A stretch of DNA of 61,464 bases, the filler included, from Basidiobolus ranarum (taxonomy: Eukaryota), in the NCBI GenBank assembly GCA_040143965.1. It is 6 parts of 6 records of this genome, joined end to end, with 100 filler letters (N's around TTAATTAATTAA, not from the genome) between each part and the next. Parts side by side here need not be neighbours in the genome. Positions count along the whole stretch, not along the records: positions 41,074 to 51,221 come from JASJQH010007609.1; positions 51,322 to 61,464 come from JASJQH010007610.1; 4 more parts are not named here. One strand, given 5' to 3'. Position 1 is the first letter of the stretch; every line of letters starts with the position of its first letter. The position numbers were made by a program, and so were the translations under genes. This document shows, one piece after another, positions 49,576-61,464 of this stretch. The notes under the pieces are model-generated. The model saw only the letters and a list, made by a program, of their open reading frames with translations, made no database searches and had not been told where the DNA came from.

Positions 49576-51177
49576 TCATGCGCTTGAAAGTGTGCTCTTG
49601 ACACCTTCAATGGCGTCACAAAGCTCCTCAGCAGAATTCTTGGACCCAACCTAAAGATGATATTTAATGACCAAACAAAGGAGAAACATGTCACTGTATC
49701 AATAAATACCTTGATTGTGTATTGAACAATCTTATGGCCTTCTTCAAAGGCAACAATCCTTACATACTTGTCAGATACCATCTCACATTTCATATCCGCG
49801 AAAATCACTACGTTCAAAATGGCTTTTAAAACTCCTTCAGTTCTCATAACTATCAACCATTTGGAAAGTTAGAGAATGTGGCAATAACATTATAAATTGT
49901 AAAGAATATTTCTCACTGAGACGAGCACTCTTTTTATCGTTATGCTTAACATTCAACTTCAGTGAGCCTATTCCACGTTCTTTCCATCCCTTTGTCTCCG
50001 CATCCATGACAAATAATTTTGCTCTAACCTTAAAGCAGATAATGAAAGAATCAACTACACGCTCGGAAAATACTACGCATTTTTAGACTACATACCTGGA
50101 AAAGAGTATCTTCACCTTCTTCGCCAGTAGTAACTATAAATGTGCAAATGGGAAAATTAGAGTCACGAAGGTAAATATAGAAATGAGAAAAAGAAGCGTT
50201 ACCTTCGACTTTTTGAAGATCCATCTTAGGGATGGCTCCTTGGCCAATTTCATTACTTGCCGCGCCATTTTCCTTGCTCTCATCAGCATCTAACGCTGAC
50301 GAACCGGACATTAATAGTGACTCGAATGAGGCTGGCTTGTCTTCTGAACTAGAAAAAATCGATGTTCCGGCAGCAGGAGTACCTCCAAAAGAGAATCCAC
50401 TAAATTTAGATCCGAAAATTGACTTGGGTGCATCACCGTTAGTTTCTGGGTTATCAACCTTGGTATCTTCGTTCGACTTTTCTACTTCTTTTTGTAAACT
50501 TTCAGAATCAGTTGTCTGTGGGACAAGACTCTCATCGTTAGGCAACACGCTTTCCTCTTCCTTAGTTACTTTATCGACTGTCTTAGTACTATTGTCCTCT
50601 AAAGTTATCTCCTCCTCAACCACGGTTTTTGGTTGAGCGGTATCTTCTTCAATCTCAGTCGAAGTTTCACGACTAAAAATTTGATTGAATGTTAACTATG
50701 CTCAAATAAATAAAATCAAGGCTTTAACTCAAGAGTAAGGGAAGATTTAAACATACGATCTATGGAAATAAATAGGTTCCATATTTAGCATGAAATACGT
50801 ATTGAAACTTTCATTAATAGCTGTAGAACACTTACTTCTTTGAAGGGACACTAGCTTCTTCCTAAGTAAATAAAACCGAGCAAATAAAAGCAAGGAATGA
50901 ATTTTCAAGTTTCTAATACTTTATCTTCCTTTATACTTATTATTAACGTACTTCCACTTCTTCACTTCTTTCACGTTTACGACTTGTAACACCGACGGAT
51001 TTCTCCTGAGTTTCTATTTCACTATTCAATCTGGAAAGTGAATAAAGTTGAATATACCGACTAACTTTAATCAAATTGAGATAAAAGATTAGGAATGGAA
51101 GTTTTCACTCACTCTTCAGAAACTACATTCTCCTCCTTTTCGAGCTCCTTATTGGGATTTTGTTCAACAGAAGACAT
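49576..51177 (-). CDS. YRB2: Ran-binding-domain protein, Yrb2/RanBP3-like
   Basis: Starts MSSVEQNPNK at 51177; RKRER NLS-like motif, acidic region, FG-like SIFGSKFSGFSFG, RanBD VTTGEEGEDTLFQVRAKLF..WKERGIGSLKLN..MRTEGVLKAILN; stop at 49578-49576; multiple short introns. Confidence 0.85.
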
Positions 51178-51221
51178 GTTTACAATTTAAAGTGAAAGGG
51201 TTCTAGAAGAAAACGAGAATA

Positions 51222-51321
51222 NNNNNNNNNNNNNNNNNNNNNNNNNNNNNNNNNNNNNNNNNNNNTTAATTAATTAANNNNNNNNNNNNNNNNNNNNNNN
51301 NNNNNNNNNNNNNNNNNNNNN
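51222..51321. other. Artificial contig spacer
   Basis: 100-nt N block with TTAATTAATTAA. Confidence 0.97.
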
Positions 51322-51763
51322 AAAGATGAAAAAACTTCACTCCCTTTTTTTGACCAAGAATTTCATAAGATATTTACCCGCAGATATCTTAGAAATACCT
51401 GACCTTGTTCTACAAATATCCGAGGATTTCTTAACCTTTCATTTGGATGGGGTAGAAAATAATTTGGTGCCTTTACCTTCTCTAAGAGAAATTACTGGAC
51501 TGCTAATTCTCAAAAATACCACAACCAAAACTCTCCCTCAACTTCCTATTAGACTTGACCAATTTCTTCGAGCGAATACATCCCACCATTGTACCATATG
51601 TCATCGAGAAGTTCTCGAATCGGGAGTAAAAATTCTCGAGAAATCGAGATTGTTTGGAATTGACATTCCCTTCATGCATATAGTATGTTCTACACATTGC
51701 TTGCGAATCATTCAAAGTAGAAATAAGAAATTGGATTCACTACAAATGGAATTTTCAAATTGA
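51322..51763 (+). CDS. 3' end of an LRR protein with a Cys-containing C-terminal region (5' part lost at the contig edge)
   Basis: LHSLFLTKNFIRYLPADI LRR, then LPSLRE and CTIC...CSTHC, an architecture reminiscent of LRRC58-like proteins. Confidence 0.65.
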
Positions 51764-52178
51764 ATATTCTCTTCATGAACTTCACTCCCCTCCACTGGAA
51801 CTAACTACCTTCCCTCAATGTATATGGAAATTCTTACGTGAATATAACTTTCGATTTCTTAATAAATCACTCCTCGGTTGGGTTGGATGGGATTGTTATT
51901 GGACTATGAATTCCAGATAATTACTGATGTGTGTGGAAAGGTTCATCACATTGTAGAGGGGGATATGTCTTCTGTACAACAAATATGACGAACAAATGAA
52001 AACCATTGAAATTAGGTAGAAAAAGGACATCAAAAGTCAACTCACTATAAAAGGAAGTATCAGGATAGAAAACCAAGTCACTAATAAAATGGAAAAATAG
52101 GTTGAAATTCCATATATTCGTAAAGGACAATTCAAATACGAAACACTTACTTTTTAAAAGTGAGAAAATGGAAATGGT

Positions 52179-52482
52179 TTATAGAATCGTGCATTCACAA
52201 CCGCTACTTTTGTTAACAAACGGATCGTTTGCTCCCGGTGTTCCCCATACTGAAGGTACTAGATAGTCTCGTGTGGTGGATACGTATTTAATAAGCCTAA
52301 TATGAAAGTTTAGAAACGGAAGTGTTGTGTTCTTTGGAGTTTTGAATAATTATAACATACATTTGACTAGCTTGAGAGACTGGGACACGAGGTAGGTCCA
52401 ATTGCTCACGTAAACGGTTATTTTGCTCAAGCATTTTCTTGAGCTTTTGCTCAGACATAGCGTTCAATCCAGAGGTAGGCAT
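52179..52482 (-). CDS. Heterotrimeric G-protein gamma subunit
   Basis: Exons 52482-52361 and 52296-52179: MSEQKLKKMLEQNNRLREQLDLPRVPVSQAS..LIKYVSTTRDYLVPSVWG..DPF..GCECTIL*; GGL domain with CAAX box. Confidence 0.93.
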
Positions 52483-53156
52483 GTTGTTTGCAACGAGGAT
52501 AACGTGCTCACTTGAATAAGTAGGGTTTATAGTAACAGAATAAAAAGTGGTGGTTAATGGAAAAAGAAAGTTTCGACTATTTACAGCGGAAGGGAAGGGA
52601 AGTACAATATGGTGTAAATCAGAAATGGAAAAAGAAGAGGAAAGGCAGAATTCCAACGAAGATCAACAGGTTATTAATGGAAAAAAAGGTAGCTGATACT
52701 CGAGGATCGATTGAACATATCTCTTCAAAAACTCAATTTGTATCAAAATCAATTTGTTTAGGACTTGTGTTTCTATACATTGTATAGATGCCGTCCCTAA
52801 CCCCTTTTTGAAGCCATTAAGTACCCCAAATCAGAAACATCTCTAACCAACTATGCTTGGAATTTGGGCGTTAATCAATTTAGCAAAAACAGACTATATC
52901 TATGACCTAACATAAGAACTAATTGTCTCGAGTAATTGTATTTATTTTGAATAACTTGTAATTTATGATTAGTCAATTTACTAATGAATTTGGTGAAATA
53001 ATCCGACTTGTATTTGATTAAGAAAGACGTTGGATGGTCCATTTTATCTTGCACAACAATGCTGACAAATCTGCAATCAGCATTTACCTAACCCTAATGG
53101 TGATTTCAACAATGTCGGTATCTCATTCTGCTGCTTGAAAACATTAACTCTCTATT

Positions 53157-54064
53157 ATGTTCACTGGAATTGTAGAAATCATCGGCACTGTAGCCAACGT
53201 AAACACCCTTGATACCTCCGAATCTGGAGGAAAAGGATGGACCATCACAATCAAGGATGCCTCGGAGATTCTTGACGATTGTCATCTTGGAGACAGTATT
53301 GCTATCAATGGTACGTTTGACGGAGCACCCACAAACAACTGAGAATAAAGGAATAATTTGGCGTGTTTTCTTGGTGATTTATAGGTACTTGTCTGACAGT
53401 TACAGAATTTGATAAAGATACCTTCAAAGTCGGTGTATCTCCCGAAACTTTGAAAAAAACCAATTTAGGTAGGTCTCTATGGATTGGGTAGTCTAAATTC
53501 TCTAGAATACACTAACTCTTTTGATGATGACTATAGGTGAACTTCAAGTTGGTGCCAAGGTCAATCTCGAGCGTGCTATGGGTTCCGGAATTCGGTTTGG
53601 CGGCCACTTTGTTCAAGTGAGTAAATGCTTCTGCGTTTATTGTTGATGTGTTTACTTATGTTTCAATACCCAAGGGCCACGTTGATGATACAGTATCTAT
53701 TATCAGTATTGTTCCTGAAGGCAATTCTTTGTGGTTCAAACTTCAAGTGGATAACAACGAATTGATGAAATACATTATTCCAAAGGGCTATATCGCTCTA
53801 GACGGTACCTCCTTGACCGTTTGTGAAGTGAACTATACTGAAAAATGGTTCACCTTCATGATGGTTGCATACACTCAAGGACATGTCATCATGCCATCCA
53901 AAAACCCTGGTGACAGAGTGAATATTGAAGTGGACATGCTTGGCAAATATGTCGAAAGAATTGTTTCTGCCAAATTCGAAGAAAATTCCTTAACCACCTC
54001 ACCCCAACTCGAGTCTATGATCGAAAGGATCGTTCAAAGCAAGTTGAATGAAATGAAACAATAG
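53157..54064 (+). CDS. RIB5: Riboflavin synthase
   Basis: MFTGIVE N-terminus; exons 53157-53310, 53385-53468, 53537-53616, 53675-54064; GDSIAINGTCLTV, VNLERA, GGHFVQGHVD and KGYIALDGTSLTV. Confidence 0.97.
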
Positions 54065-54226
54065 GAGTGAAGATGGCAAAGATGGAAAATGTATAGAAAC
54101 CTCATTGTCTCCTCACTAATGCACTCAGCATACGTTAATATCAATAAACTTGATGCAAAATATTGATTCTATGGATGGTTTTATTTCGACAATATTTCAA
54201 TTAATTAGCTTTGATAAAGAGGAGAG

Positions 54227-54269
54227 GGTATTTGGTGGTATTTAGTGGTATTTGGTGGTATTTAGTGGT
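54227..54269 (+). repeat. 10-bp tandem repeat GGTATTT(G/A)GT, ~4 copies
   Basis: Directly visible just downstream of the RasGEF stop codon. Confidence 0.85.
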
Positions 54270-54278
54270 TAATATTAA

Positions 54279-55340
54279 TTAATATTGAATCGGTCGAAAG
54301 GGATATCGACTCTCTTCCTCTAGAAAGGTACACTCAACGTCGTAATTGCTCTCGTATTTGCCCTCCATCAGTTTGACCAATTTAATCACGGCACCTAATG
54401 TTCCATATTCTTGCAGCTCTTGTATTATAGGGAGTAGCAATTCTGGGAGTACCGAGAATCTGTAACTTCCTTGATGTCGCTCCACTTCCGATATGATAAC
54501 ATCTACATCGGCCGAATTGTTTTCCCAATCGTCTAAATATGTGTCTAGAAAGAGATTCATCAGTACATAGGTCAAACACCAAAGCGACATCAAAATAGCT
54601 TACGAAGATATGGCACACATGGAGTGGTTAGATACATCAGGTTAGCACGATATAGTCGAAAATTGCTGGACGGACTCATCAGCTTTCGTAAGTTTTCTAG
54701 GCAGCCTCTATGCTTGGTATTGATCAACTAAATAGTATGATTAGACCGATATAAGGCCAATAGCAGGTAATTCAATTGCATACCAGCCATGTTTGTTGTA
54801 ATGAGGCCACGGGGGCCATGTTGAGGCCTTCTAGGATTGCCATACATGTGTTATAATTATTCCAAGAAGAGCAGTACTATGAAAATTATGAGTTACTTTG
54901 AAGTATAGGTGGTAGATAGTGGAAAATTAAGATAATTACCGATGCCATATTAATGAAACTTTCAATTGTATGCGCTCGCTTTAGCGAGTCCTTTTCCCCC
55001 AGAATCGAGTATGCTACCCAATATTTGACCTGTTATGTACGAATTCACCTTTGGTTAGTTTTATCAGAAATATTGTTATAAAGAGTATCTTCACTAATAC
55101 CTGTTGGAATACTTTGAGAACTTCTTTGATATTTACAGCCATCCAGGGCTCCGTATGGCGCCACGCCTCATGCATACATTCCACAGGTTTAATTTGGTTA
55201 TATAAGTAGGAGTCAAAAAGAGTGAGCTGACGAGCAAGCTCAATTGGGTCAATATCGAGCACTCGAAGACGTCCGTACGGGTATTTCGTAGTCGTATGAT
55301 TAGCAATATGAGGCACTATTTTCTTGGCGTGAAAAGCCAT
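54279..55340 (-). CDS. Short RasGEF (Cdc25-homology catalytic domain) protein
   Basis: ATG at 55340; LDIDPIELARQLTLFD..LY..IKPVEC, NNYNTCMAILEGL, LMSPSSNFRLYR, PCVPYL; about five exons with GT-AG introns. Confidence 0.85.
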
Positions 55341-56048
55341 TCTTACAAGTAACGGTTTAATTAACGAGAAAAAACTCGAATAATAAAGGATTTCCAAGTG
55401 GAGATTCCCAGATAAAAGGAACACAAGTTCACTTCAAAAGAGACAATATATTACAAGCATAATAATATTAAAGAGCAGCCACTAAAGTTATTAATACCAA
55501 TTCCATTACACCCAGGGTAAAGTCATGAACAATTGAGTCATGTTTAATCTAATTTCTGGAATTAAGCTGGAAATGTGATTTACTTATACACGCAATAAAG
55601 ATGATCATTCCCTTGAGTAGCGTTTTACACAGTGACACACATTAAGTAAATCATACATTGATGGGCTGAAGTAAGTAAAAGGTACCTGTCAAAACTAGTA
55701 CAAGAGAATACAAGATCGATACAAGGATCTGACATCTACTACCCGCCATACATGTTGAAATTAGGTGGAAGTCAGGGGAAGAGAACTAGTTAAGGTCAAA
55801 TAGATTATCTTTCGGGAAAACACAGGTATTTGGAATTACCGAGAAGTACTTTGTTGATACACAATGGTAGGAATTTATTACCTGATTCACTTAACAAAAT
55901 TATCGGATTAACTCTAAGAACGTAAAAGGTAGATATGTACAATACTATATAGCACAACGAAAACCATAGTATAGCTATAATCCAAGTCGATAAACCAGGG
56001 GGATAGGACAAAGGTGGGAAGGTTAGGGTTAGGTACAGGTTAGGTATC

Positions 56049-57143
56049 TTAAATCACAAGAATGTGTGAATAATCCGAGTTTAAGTCAAAGTTATATGGT
56101 GGTGGCGGTAGTCCAGGGAAACCAGAAAATGGCTGGTACTCTGGAGGAGATTGAGCCAATTGATTCTGTAGACTCGATTGGACTCCAACCTTTAGTAGTA
56201 CACGAAGGGTTTGAATCTCACCAGTAGGCTCCATCACTTCTAATTCAATAAAGAACTTATGAAACACTTGAATGTATTCAGTTTCACAATCGTACAGGGT
56301 CTGTTTGGGAATCTCTAGGTTCAAGGATCCTTCCCAAGCCAACTCTTGTTCAAGGTTGGGAAGGATACTGGCTCGACTTATGTCATTGGACATTTCTATC
56401 GGTTTGGAAGGGTCGAGATTGCAAACGACAAACTCCCTCAACACCACGGAGGCTTTAAGCATACAAAAATATGGATCTAACGACAGCAGGCTGAACATCA
56501 CTGGGAAAGTGTCACCAACAGTGTACGTTGTATCTGGAATGGAAACACAATAACCCAGTCTCTGCTGCCAAATACCAGTGGCCATGGTAGGCAAAAGGTA
56601 CTCGTCAGTAGTTAGCAAGGACGTGCGTTGTATATTCACCATCTTTTCAGCTTTGAAATCGGGACGGGAAGACGGACGTTCTATGACAGCACTGAGTGTG
56701 TAAGATATGTCGCCACAGGGAGCCTCTATAGATTCAGGTAAGTGCCCCGGCAGGGGAAGTTCAAAATTGTATTGGTAATTAGAAGGAGCAAGCAAGTAAG
56801 GGTCTTGTCCAGATTCTAGGAAAGTCCATTTGTGTTGAATGAGATCAATTTCTTGACGTTGAGCCTCTGTAAGAGTCAATTGAAGTTAGTATGATGTTGA
56901 CAAATTAGAACAACACAAATATAACGTACTAGGTTCACGTTTTATCGATACTTTTCCGAGGAACTGTAATGATATGGATTTGACTTTCAGCGGGTCGGTC
57001 AAATGAAACTTCAAAGCACCGCGTAGTATGCACCCCACGGACTCGTTTGGAGATCCGTGCATAGTGAGAACATCCTTCTGGAGGTTAATTTCTAGCCCTT
57101 CAATACTTCGCAAAGAGGAATCTTTTCGGGATCTTGTAAACAT
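56049..57143 (-). CDS. Alpha-arrestin (ART/Rod1-like ubiquitin-ligase adaptor)
   Basis: Exons 57143-56930 and 56866-56049; arrestin-N motifs ILRGAL...KVKSISLQFLG and YNFELPLPGHLPESIE...YTLSAVIER; C-terminal PPEY and PPPY. Confidence 0.9.
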
Positions 57144-58483
57144 TAAGTGTGTAGAATTAGTTGGGGGTAAACGGTTATGAGTCGTTAGTTAGATTTAAGT
57201 TTGATAATGATGAATGGACATGGACTGAGCCTTTATATATGAAGATAATTGATATTTGTTGAATTTAGAAATATCCTTTCTTCCACTTAGAGCTCTGCTG
57301 GGTAAACCTGTACTAGGCCAAAATGGAACAGAGGAAGATCCGAGAAGGCTGTGATCAGCATTGGAGGGAATAATGATCGGAATTAGATTAGTGGCAGTCC
57401 AATATCAAAAGCAGATTAGAATACAATATAAAAGGTTCTAAGGATTCCAGAGATGTTTCGGAACACCAATTAGGATATTACCTAGACCCTACTCCCCTTT
57501 CTTGGTTTGGAATAGATATAAATATTAAACGAGTATTTATTTCGATTGCGGTCTAGCCCTCCTGTCAACGATTGGGGACTTGTACATATTTCCCACAAAT
57601 GGATGATTTTCAAGTGACAGAATTGTGTACAAGCACTGTATTGACCCCCACTATTAACACTGCCCGTGCTTGGCTTTCACATTGTTTTGGAACCGTGCCG
57701 AGCCTTTTCAACTGATACAAGTAAATAACTATAATTAGCGATACAAGTAATAACAATTAGCTCTCCCATTAAGTCATCATGTTTCGCCGTCATTTGGATA
57801 TCTAGATTTAATTCTTAGAACTTGCAGCTCCAGGCTTTATGAAAGTGCACAAAATCATTTAAACTTTCCATGGTCTCAGATTAAAGAAAGTTATTGATGT
57901 CACGACTCAACATGTGGACGAGAGCGTGATGCATCATGCGTCATGCCAATGAGTGTAAATACAGATCCACATTTGCGTGAGTTACTAGCATGAGCTGAGG
58001 TTAAAACATAGCTCAGGATCAGTTGTGGGACGAATCTTGAGTCAAGAGCTTATGATATATATGGAATAAAGCTTGTTTAAAAGAGTTATGGATAACCAGC
58101 TTAAACCATTGCTTTACATTAATGGTATATTCTTTAGAATAGCCAGTCGGGGTATGATTTGCGGCGAACACCAGTCAAATCCTTACCCTTTAACAGCCAG
58201 TACTCTTGGGAATAGTTGATTTCTTTTAATGATGAAAAAGAGACTTTCAATTAAATAATGTGTGACCATGGTTCAAATAAGATCGCAGATGTATAACATA
58301 AAAGAAAGGAAAAAGACCAACAGTACGAACTCTAATGAATTTCACAGTAAAGCAAACGTATGAAATCTTGATGTGTATGATGACATGTCCGATAAAAAAA
58401 GAAACTAACTGGTAAAAGAAAATGAATGTAATTGAAAGGATCGTGATGATTTAAAATGAGAAGTTAGTGAGTAACATTGTGCT

Positions 58484-59552
58484 TTACAATACGGCTGGTG
58501 TATCACCGAGTCTGTTGGCTTTGTACGGGACACGGTTGTTGAGCTCAGTATTGGTGGGTAAGTCGAAGTCCTTGACCTCTTTCAAGTAGTAACCTTGAAG
58601 AGCATCCTTGGCAGCTCTATGCTCGGCCATCTTAATGGAACTACCGTACCCTTCTCCGATCTTCTCGATACCTGAGAAAACACCGACGATAAATACGGGA
58701 GAGTTGGAGTGACGACCGGTTTCTTTGAGAATTCTATAGATGAGATGGTTTTAGATTGATTGATATACAAGGCCAGCCTGTAATCCAAAAAGTATGACAC
58801 ATACCTAGAGATAGGTCTCTCTTTGCCAAGACGCTTCATCAGAGCTGTCAGCATTCTTTTGGGCTCGGGGATAGGGAGAACAAGCTCAAGGTTTACACTT
58901 CTGGAAAGAATGAAAGCGTGTACGAATTTTCTAGTGGCTTCAGCTCCCTAATTAATAAAAATGTCCTGGAATGAGCAAAAAGTTGCTTATTAAGTAAGCA
59001 CAACTAGGTCATTGAAATCACCTTATCGTGGGAAATAGCACCAAATAAGGCACTAACGGCTTTGGCCATCATAGCGTTGGTGCTGGTTTGAGCATTCTCT
59101 TCTTGAGAAGTGGGCTTCCATCTCAAAATATGTTGAATACCCATTTCGTTACCGACATAAGCCAAGGTCTGAGGACCAGTGTATTGCTCTAGGAGCACTT
59201 GGAAACTATCTACTGGTAATAAAGGATACTTCAAGTGCAAATATTCGGTGACGTACATTTCCAAAGTCTTTTGACCAAGAATTTCGAGCTTCTCGTTACT
59301 TGGAAGTTTACGATTGAAAGAATTGTGGGTAACAACTTGGAGCATAAGTTCAGGCTCAGAAAATTTCATACCAATTCTAGCGGAAAAGGCTTGCAGAGTG
59401 GGAGAATTAGAAGAAACATCTTTGCCATAAATATTCTTGGAATGGACTGCTTTGTTGACAGACAAAAGGACAGAAGAGGTGTGAATAGAGGCGCAAGCAG
59501 CTAGACGAGGAATGCTAGTGCGGGATGCACGTAGAAGGGTCAATGCGTTCAT
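58484..59552 (-). CDS. MRPL3: Mitochondrial ribosomal protein mL44 (RNase III-like plus dsRBD)
   Basis: Mitochondrial presequence; QVVTHNSF..NEKLEILG, YLHLKYPLLP, PKRMLTALMKRLG and GEGYGSSIKMAEHRAAKDAL; three exons. Confidence 0.92.
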
Positions 59553-60049
59553 ACTTCAACTAGTTTAATGGTTCTACTTGGTTCGACCAAGTACAATAAG
59601 AAATTTTTGTGTTGACTAAAATGTAAAAAATTTCGTCCATCTTCGAAAATTCCTCACTAGTAAAAAAGGCCCCCTTGCTAACCCATGGAAAATTTTGATT
59701 TCAGTTAAATTCCATAATCATCGGCATTTCAAGGCTTATATAATTTTTATTAGAACTTGAATTAACATTAGATAAATTGGGTTGCTTAAACTCATTCATT
59801 TAATTATTTCATCGTTCATCGCATTTTCGAAATGAACAAATCAAGTCATTTCATATCATAGAAAAGAAATTGGAAAACGATAGGATCTCATTGGTCAGAA
59901 AAAGGAAAAATATCGAGTGTTTAAACTAGAGAAAGACGATTTTCTTAAAAGTGAAAAATGGCTAGAGAAGTTCCTTCTTTCACCTTGGTTTTGGATCTAT
60001 CCTCGTTATATCCTTTTTTCACGAAGGTTCATCCATTGAATAATTAAAC

Positions 60050-60676
60050 ATGCCACCAAAGTCCGATCCCAACGAAGTTAAAATTAGTAAGTGAACACAC
60101 GATTCAACTACGATAAACGCGCCTACTAACTCCTCTTGCTTATTTTTAAAGTCTACCTTAGAGCCACCGGTGGTGAAGTTGGTGCTTCTTCCGCTCTCGC
60201 TCCTAAGATCGGTCCCCTTGGTCTTTCCCCCAAGAAGGTCGGTGAAGATATCGCCAAGGCCACCCAAGATTGGAAGGGTCTTCGTATTACCATTCAATTG
60301 ACCATCCAAAACCGTCAAGCTGCTGTCTCCGTTGTCCCCAGTGCTTCATCCCTTGTTATCAGAGCTTTGAAGGAGCCCATCAGAGATCGTAAGAAGGAGA
60401 AGAACATCAAGCACAGTGGTAACATCACTTTGGATGACGTTATTGAGATTGCCAGAACCATGCGTTTCAAGTCTTTGGCTCGTGAGTTGAAGGGTACCGT
60501 CAAGGAAATCTTGGGTACTTGTTTCTCAGTTGGCTGTACCGTTGATGGTCAAAGCCCTAAGGATCTCTCTGACTCTATTGATGATGGAGAAGTCGAAATT
60601 CCAGTAAGTAATTAATATTTAAATGCGCCCGCTTAACCTTGAATAACACCTTTACGTTTATTTGTAGGAAAACTAA
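60050..60676 (+). CDS. RPL12: 60S ribosomal protein L12 (uL11)
   Basis: Exons 60050-60086, 60152-60603, 60668-60676; [37 protein letters not shown] branch point in intron 1. Confidence 0.98.
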
Positions 60677-61179
60677 ATCATCAATCTTTGTAGGATGTAT
60701 GCATGTATACAAACCAATAAATTATAGAAAACAAAATTAATTACTTGCAATTTTAATGCGTAATAATATAAGCGGATATTTGGGTTATGATATTGTATCA
60801 TTGTAAAAGATGTCGTTCTAATACTACTCCAACTATTACACCTATCTTGTTGCCGCTTTTATTTATATAACCTATCGCTACTGTCGAGCTGAAAATTATA
60901 CAATTGCTTAGATGATTCAATATGGGCTAATTCTATATTATGAATAATGGCTGGTTGAGACAAAAAAAGAAATAGAGCTGCGAAAAGTCGTGAATTCGTA
61001 AAATGTAATTTATAGTATCCTGCATGAGAAGATATGCTCTTCAATCCTGTTTGCAATCTAATGGTAGAGATGTTCGATTTCGTGTGATAGAGTTACACAA
61101 GCAGTAGAAGAAAAGGGACTGCTAAAACACGGTTATAACTGAAGAAAATTGAGAATTATATGCAGAGTGATTTCGTGCG

Positions 61180-61464
61180 CTATTCGGGCTTCTTTGTATC
61201 TCGAACCCATTTGTATTTATCTATTAACGCCAATGCTTCATTCAGTAGCTCCGTGTTGCCGCTGAATTCTAGAGAACGTCTGACTGCCTCTAATACACGT
61301 TGGTTAGGGAATATCTCGTTTTTACGGAAGAGTGGTAGAAGCTTAACCACTTCGTCGAATAAGCCATGCTTCGTTAAGATTGAAACATATGTGATCCATA
61401 AATTTGGGGTCAGATGGAACTTTTTCTTCACTAGAAGATGCATATTGGTGATGGCTGCACTCAA
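61180..61464 (-). CDS. 3' end of an alpha-helical, PPR-like protein (runs off the window)
   Basis: Open frame to the window edge; PNLWITYVSILTKHGLFDEVVKLL..FRKNEIFPN resembles a pentatricopeptide repeat. Confidence 0.55.
   Translation of the reverse strand: MSAAITNMHLLVKKKFHLTPNLWITYVSILTKHGLFDEVVKLLPLFRKNEIFPNQRVLEAVRRSLEFSGNTELLNEALALIDKYKWVRDTKKPE

Noticed and set aside
56021-56046. Telomere-like GGTTAGGGTTAGG
   Set aside because: Only about two units, internal, in the arrestin 3' UTR.
51322-57143. Apparent signalling cluster (G-gamma, RasGEF, arrestin)
   Set aside because: Interleaved with RIB5 and unrelated genes; ordinary gene-dense neighbourhood with no evidence of functional clustering.

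Overview
Eukaryotic, AT-rich fungal genomic DNA with short spliceosomal introns. Gene content and style suggest an early-diverging fungus such as Basidiobolus (inference only). The window is not one locus. It is six ~10.15-kb contigs in descending length order, joined by 100-nt N spacers that carry a TTAATTAATTAA linker, so adjacency across gaps carries no information. Contig 1: copia remnants, mitoferrin, SUR2. Contig 2: solo LTR, two tandem GH16 Crh/Utr2 paralogs, duplicated upstream DNA. Contig 3: two intronless, convergent Prm10/ThrE-family transporters. Contig 4: a D-amino-acid-oxidase-like pseudogene, a Gly/Asn-rich secreted-protein remnant and nested copia elements nearly free of CpG. 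Contig 5: TAF5 (partial), a Gemin8-like gene, RPS18, RPL19, a plant-type LRR single-pass receptor-like gene and a Yrb2/RanBP3-like gene. Contig 6: LRR fragment, G-protein gamma, RIB5, a stand-alone RasGEF, alpha-arrestin, MRPL3, RPL12 and a PPR-like fragment. Best leads are the kinase-less plant-type LRR receptor with one-repeat phase-2 exons, the Gemin8 homolog with an in-frame stop, CpG erasure in transposons, a candidate 3-nt microexon and a candidate intronic snoRNA. All calls were made by eye, without database searches.
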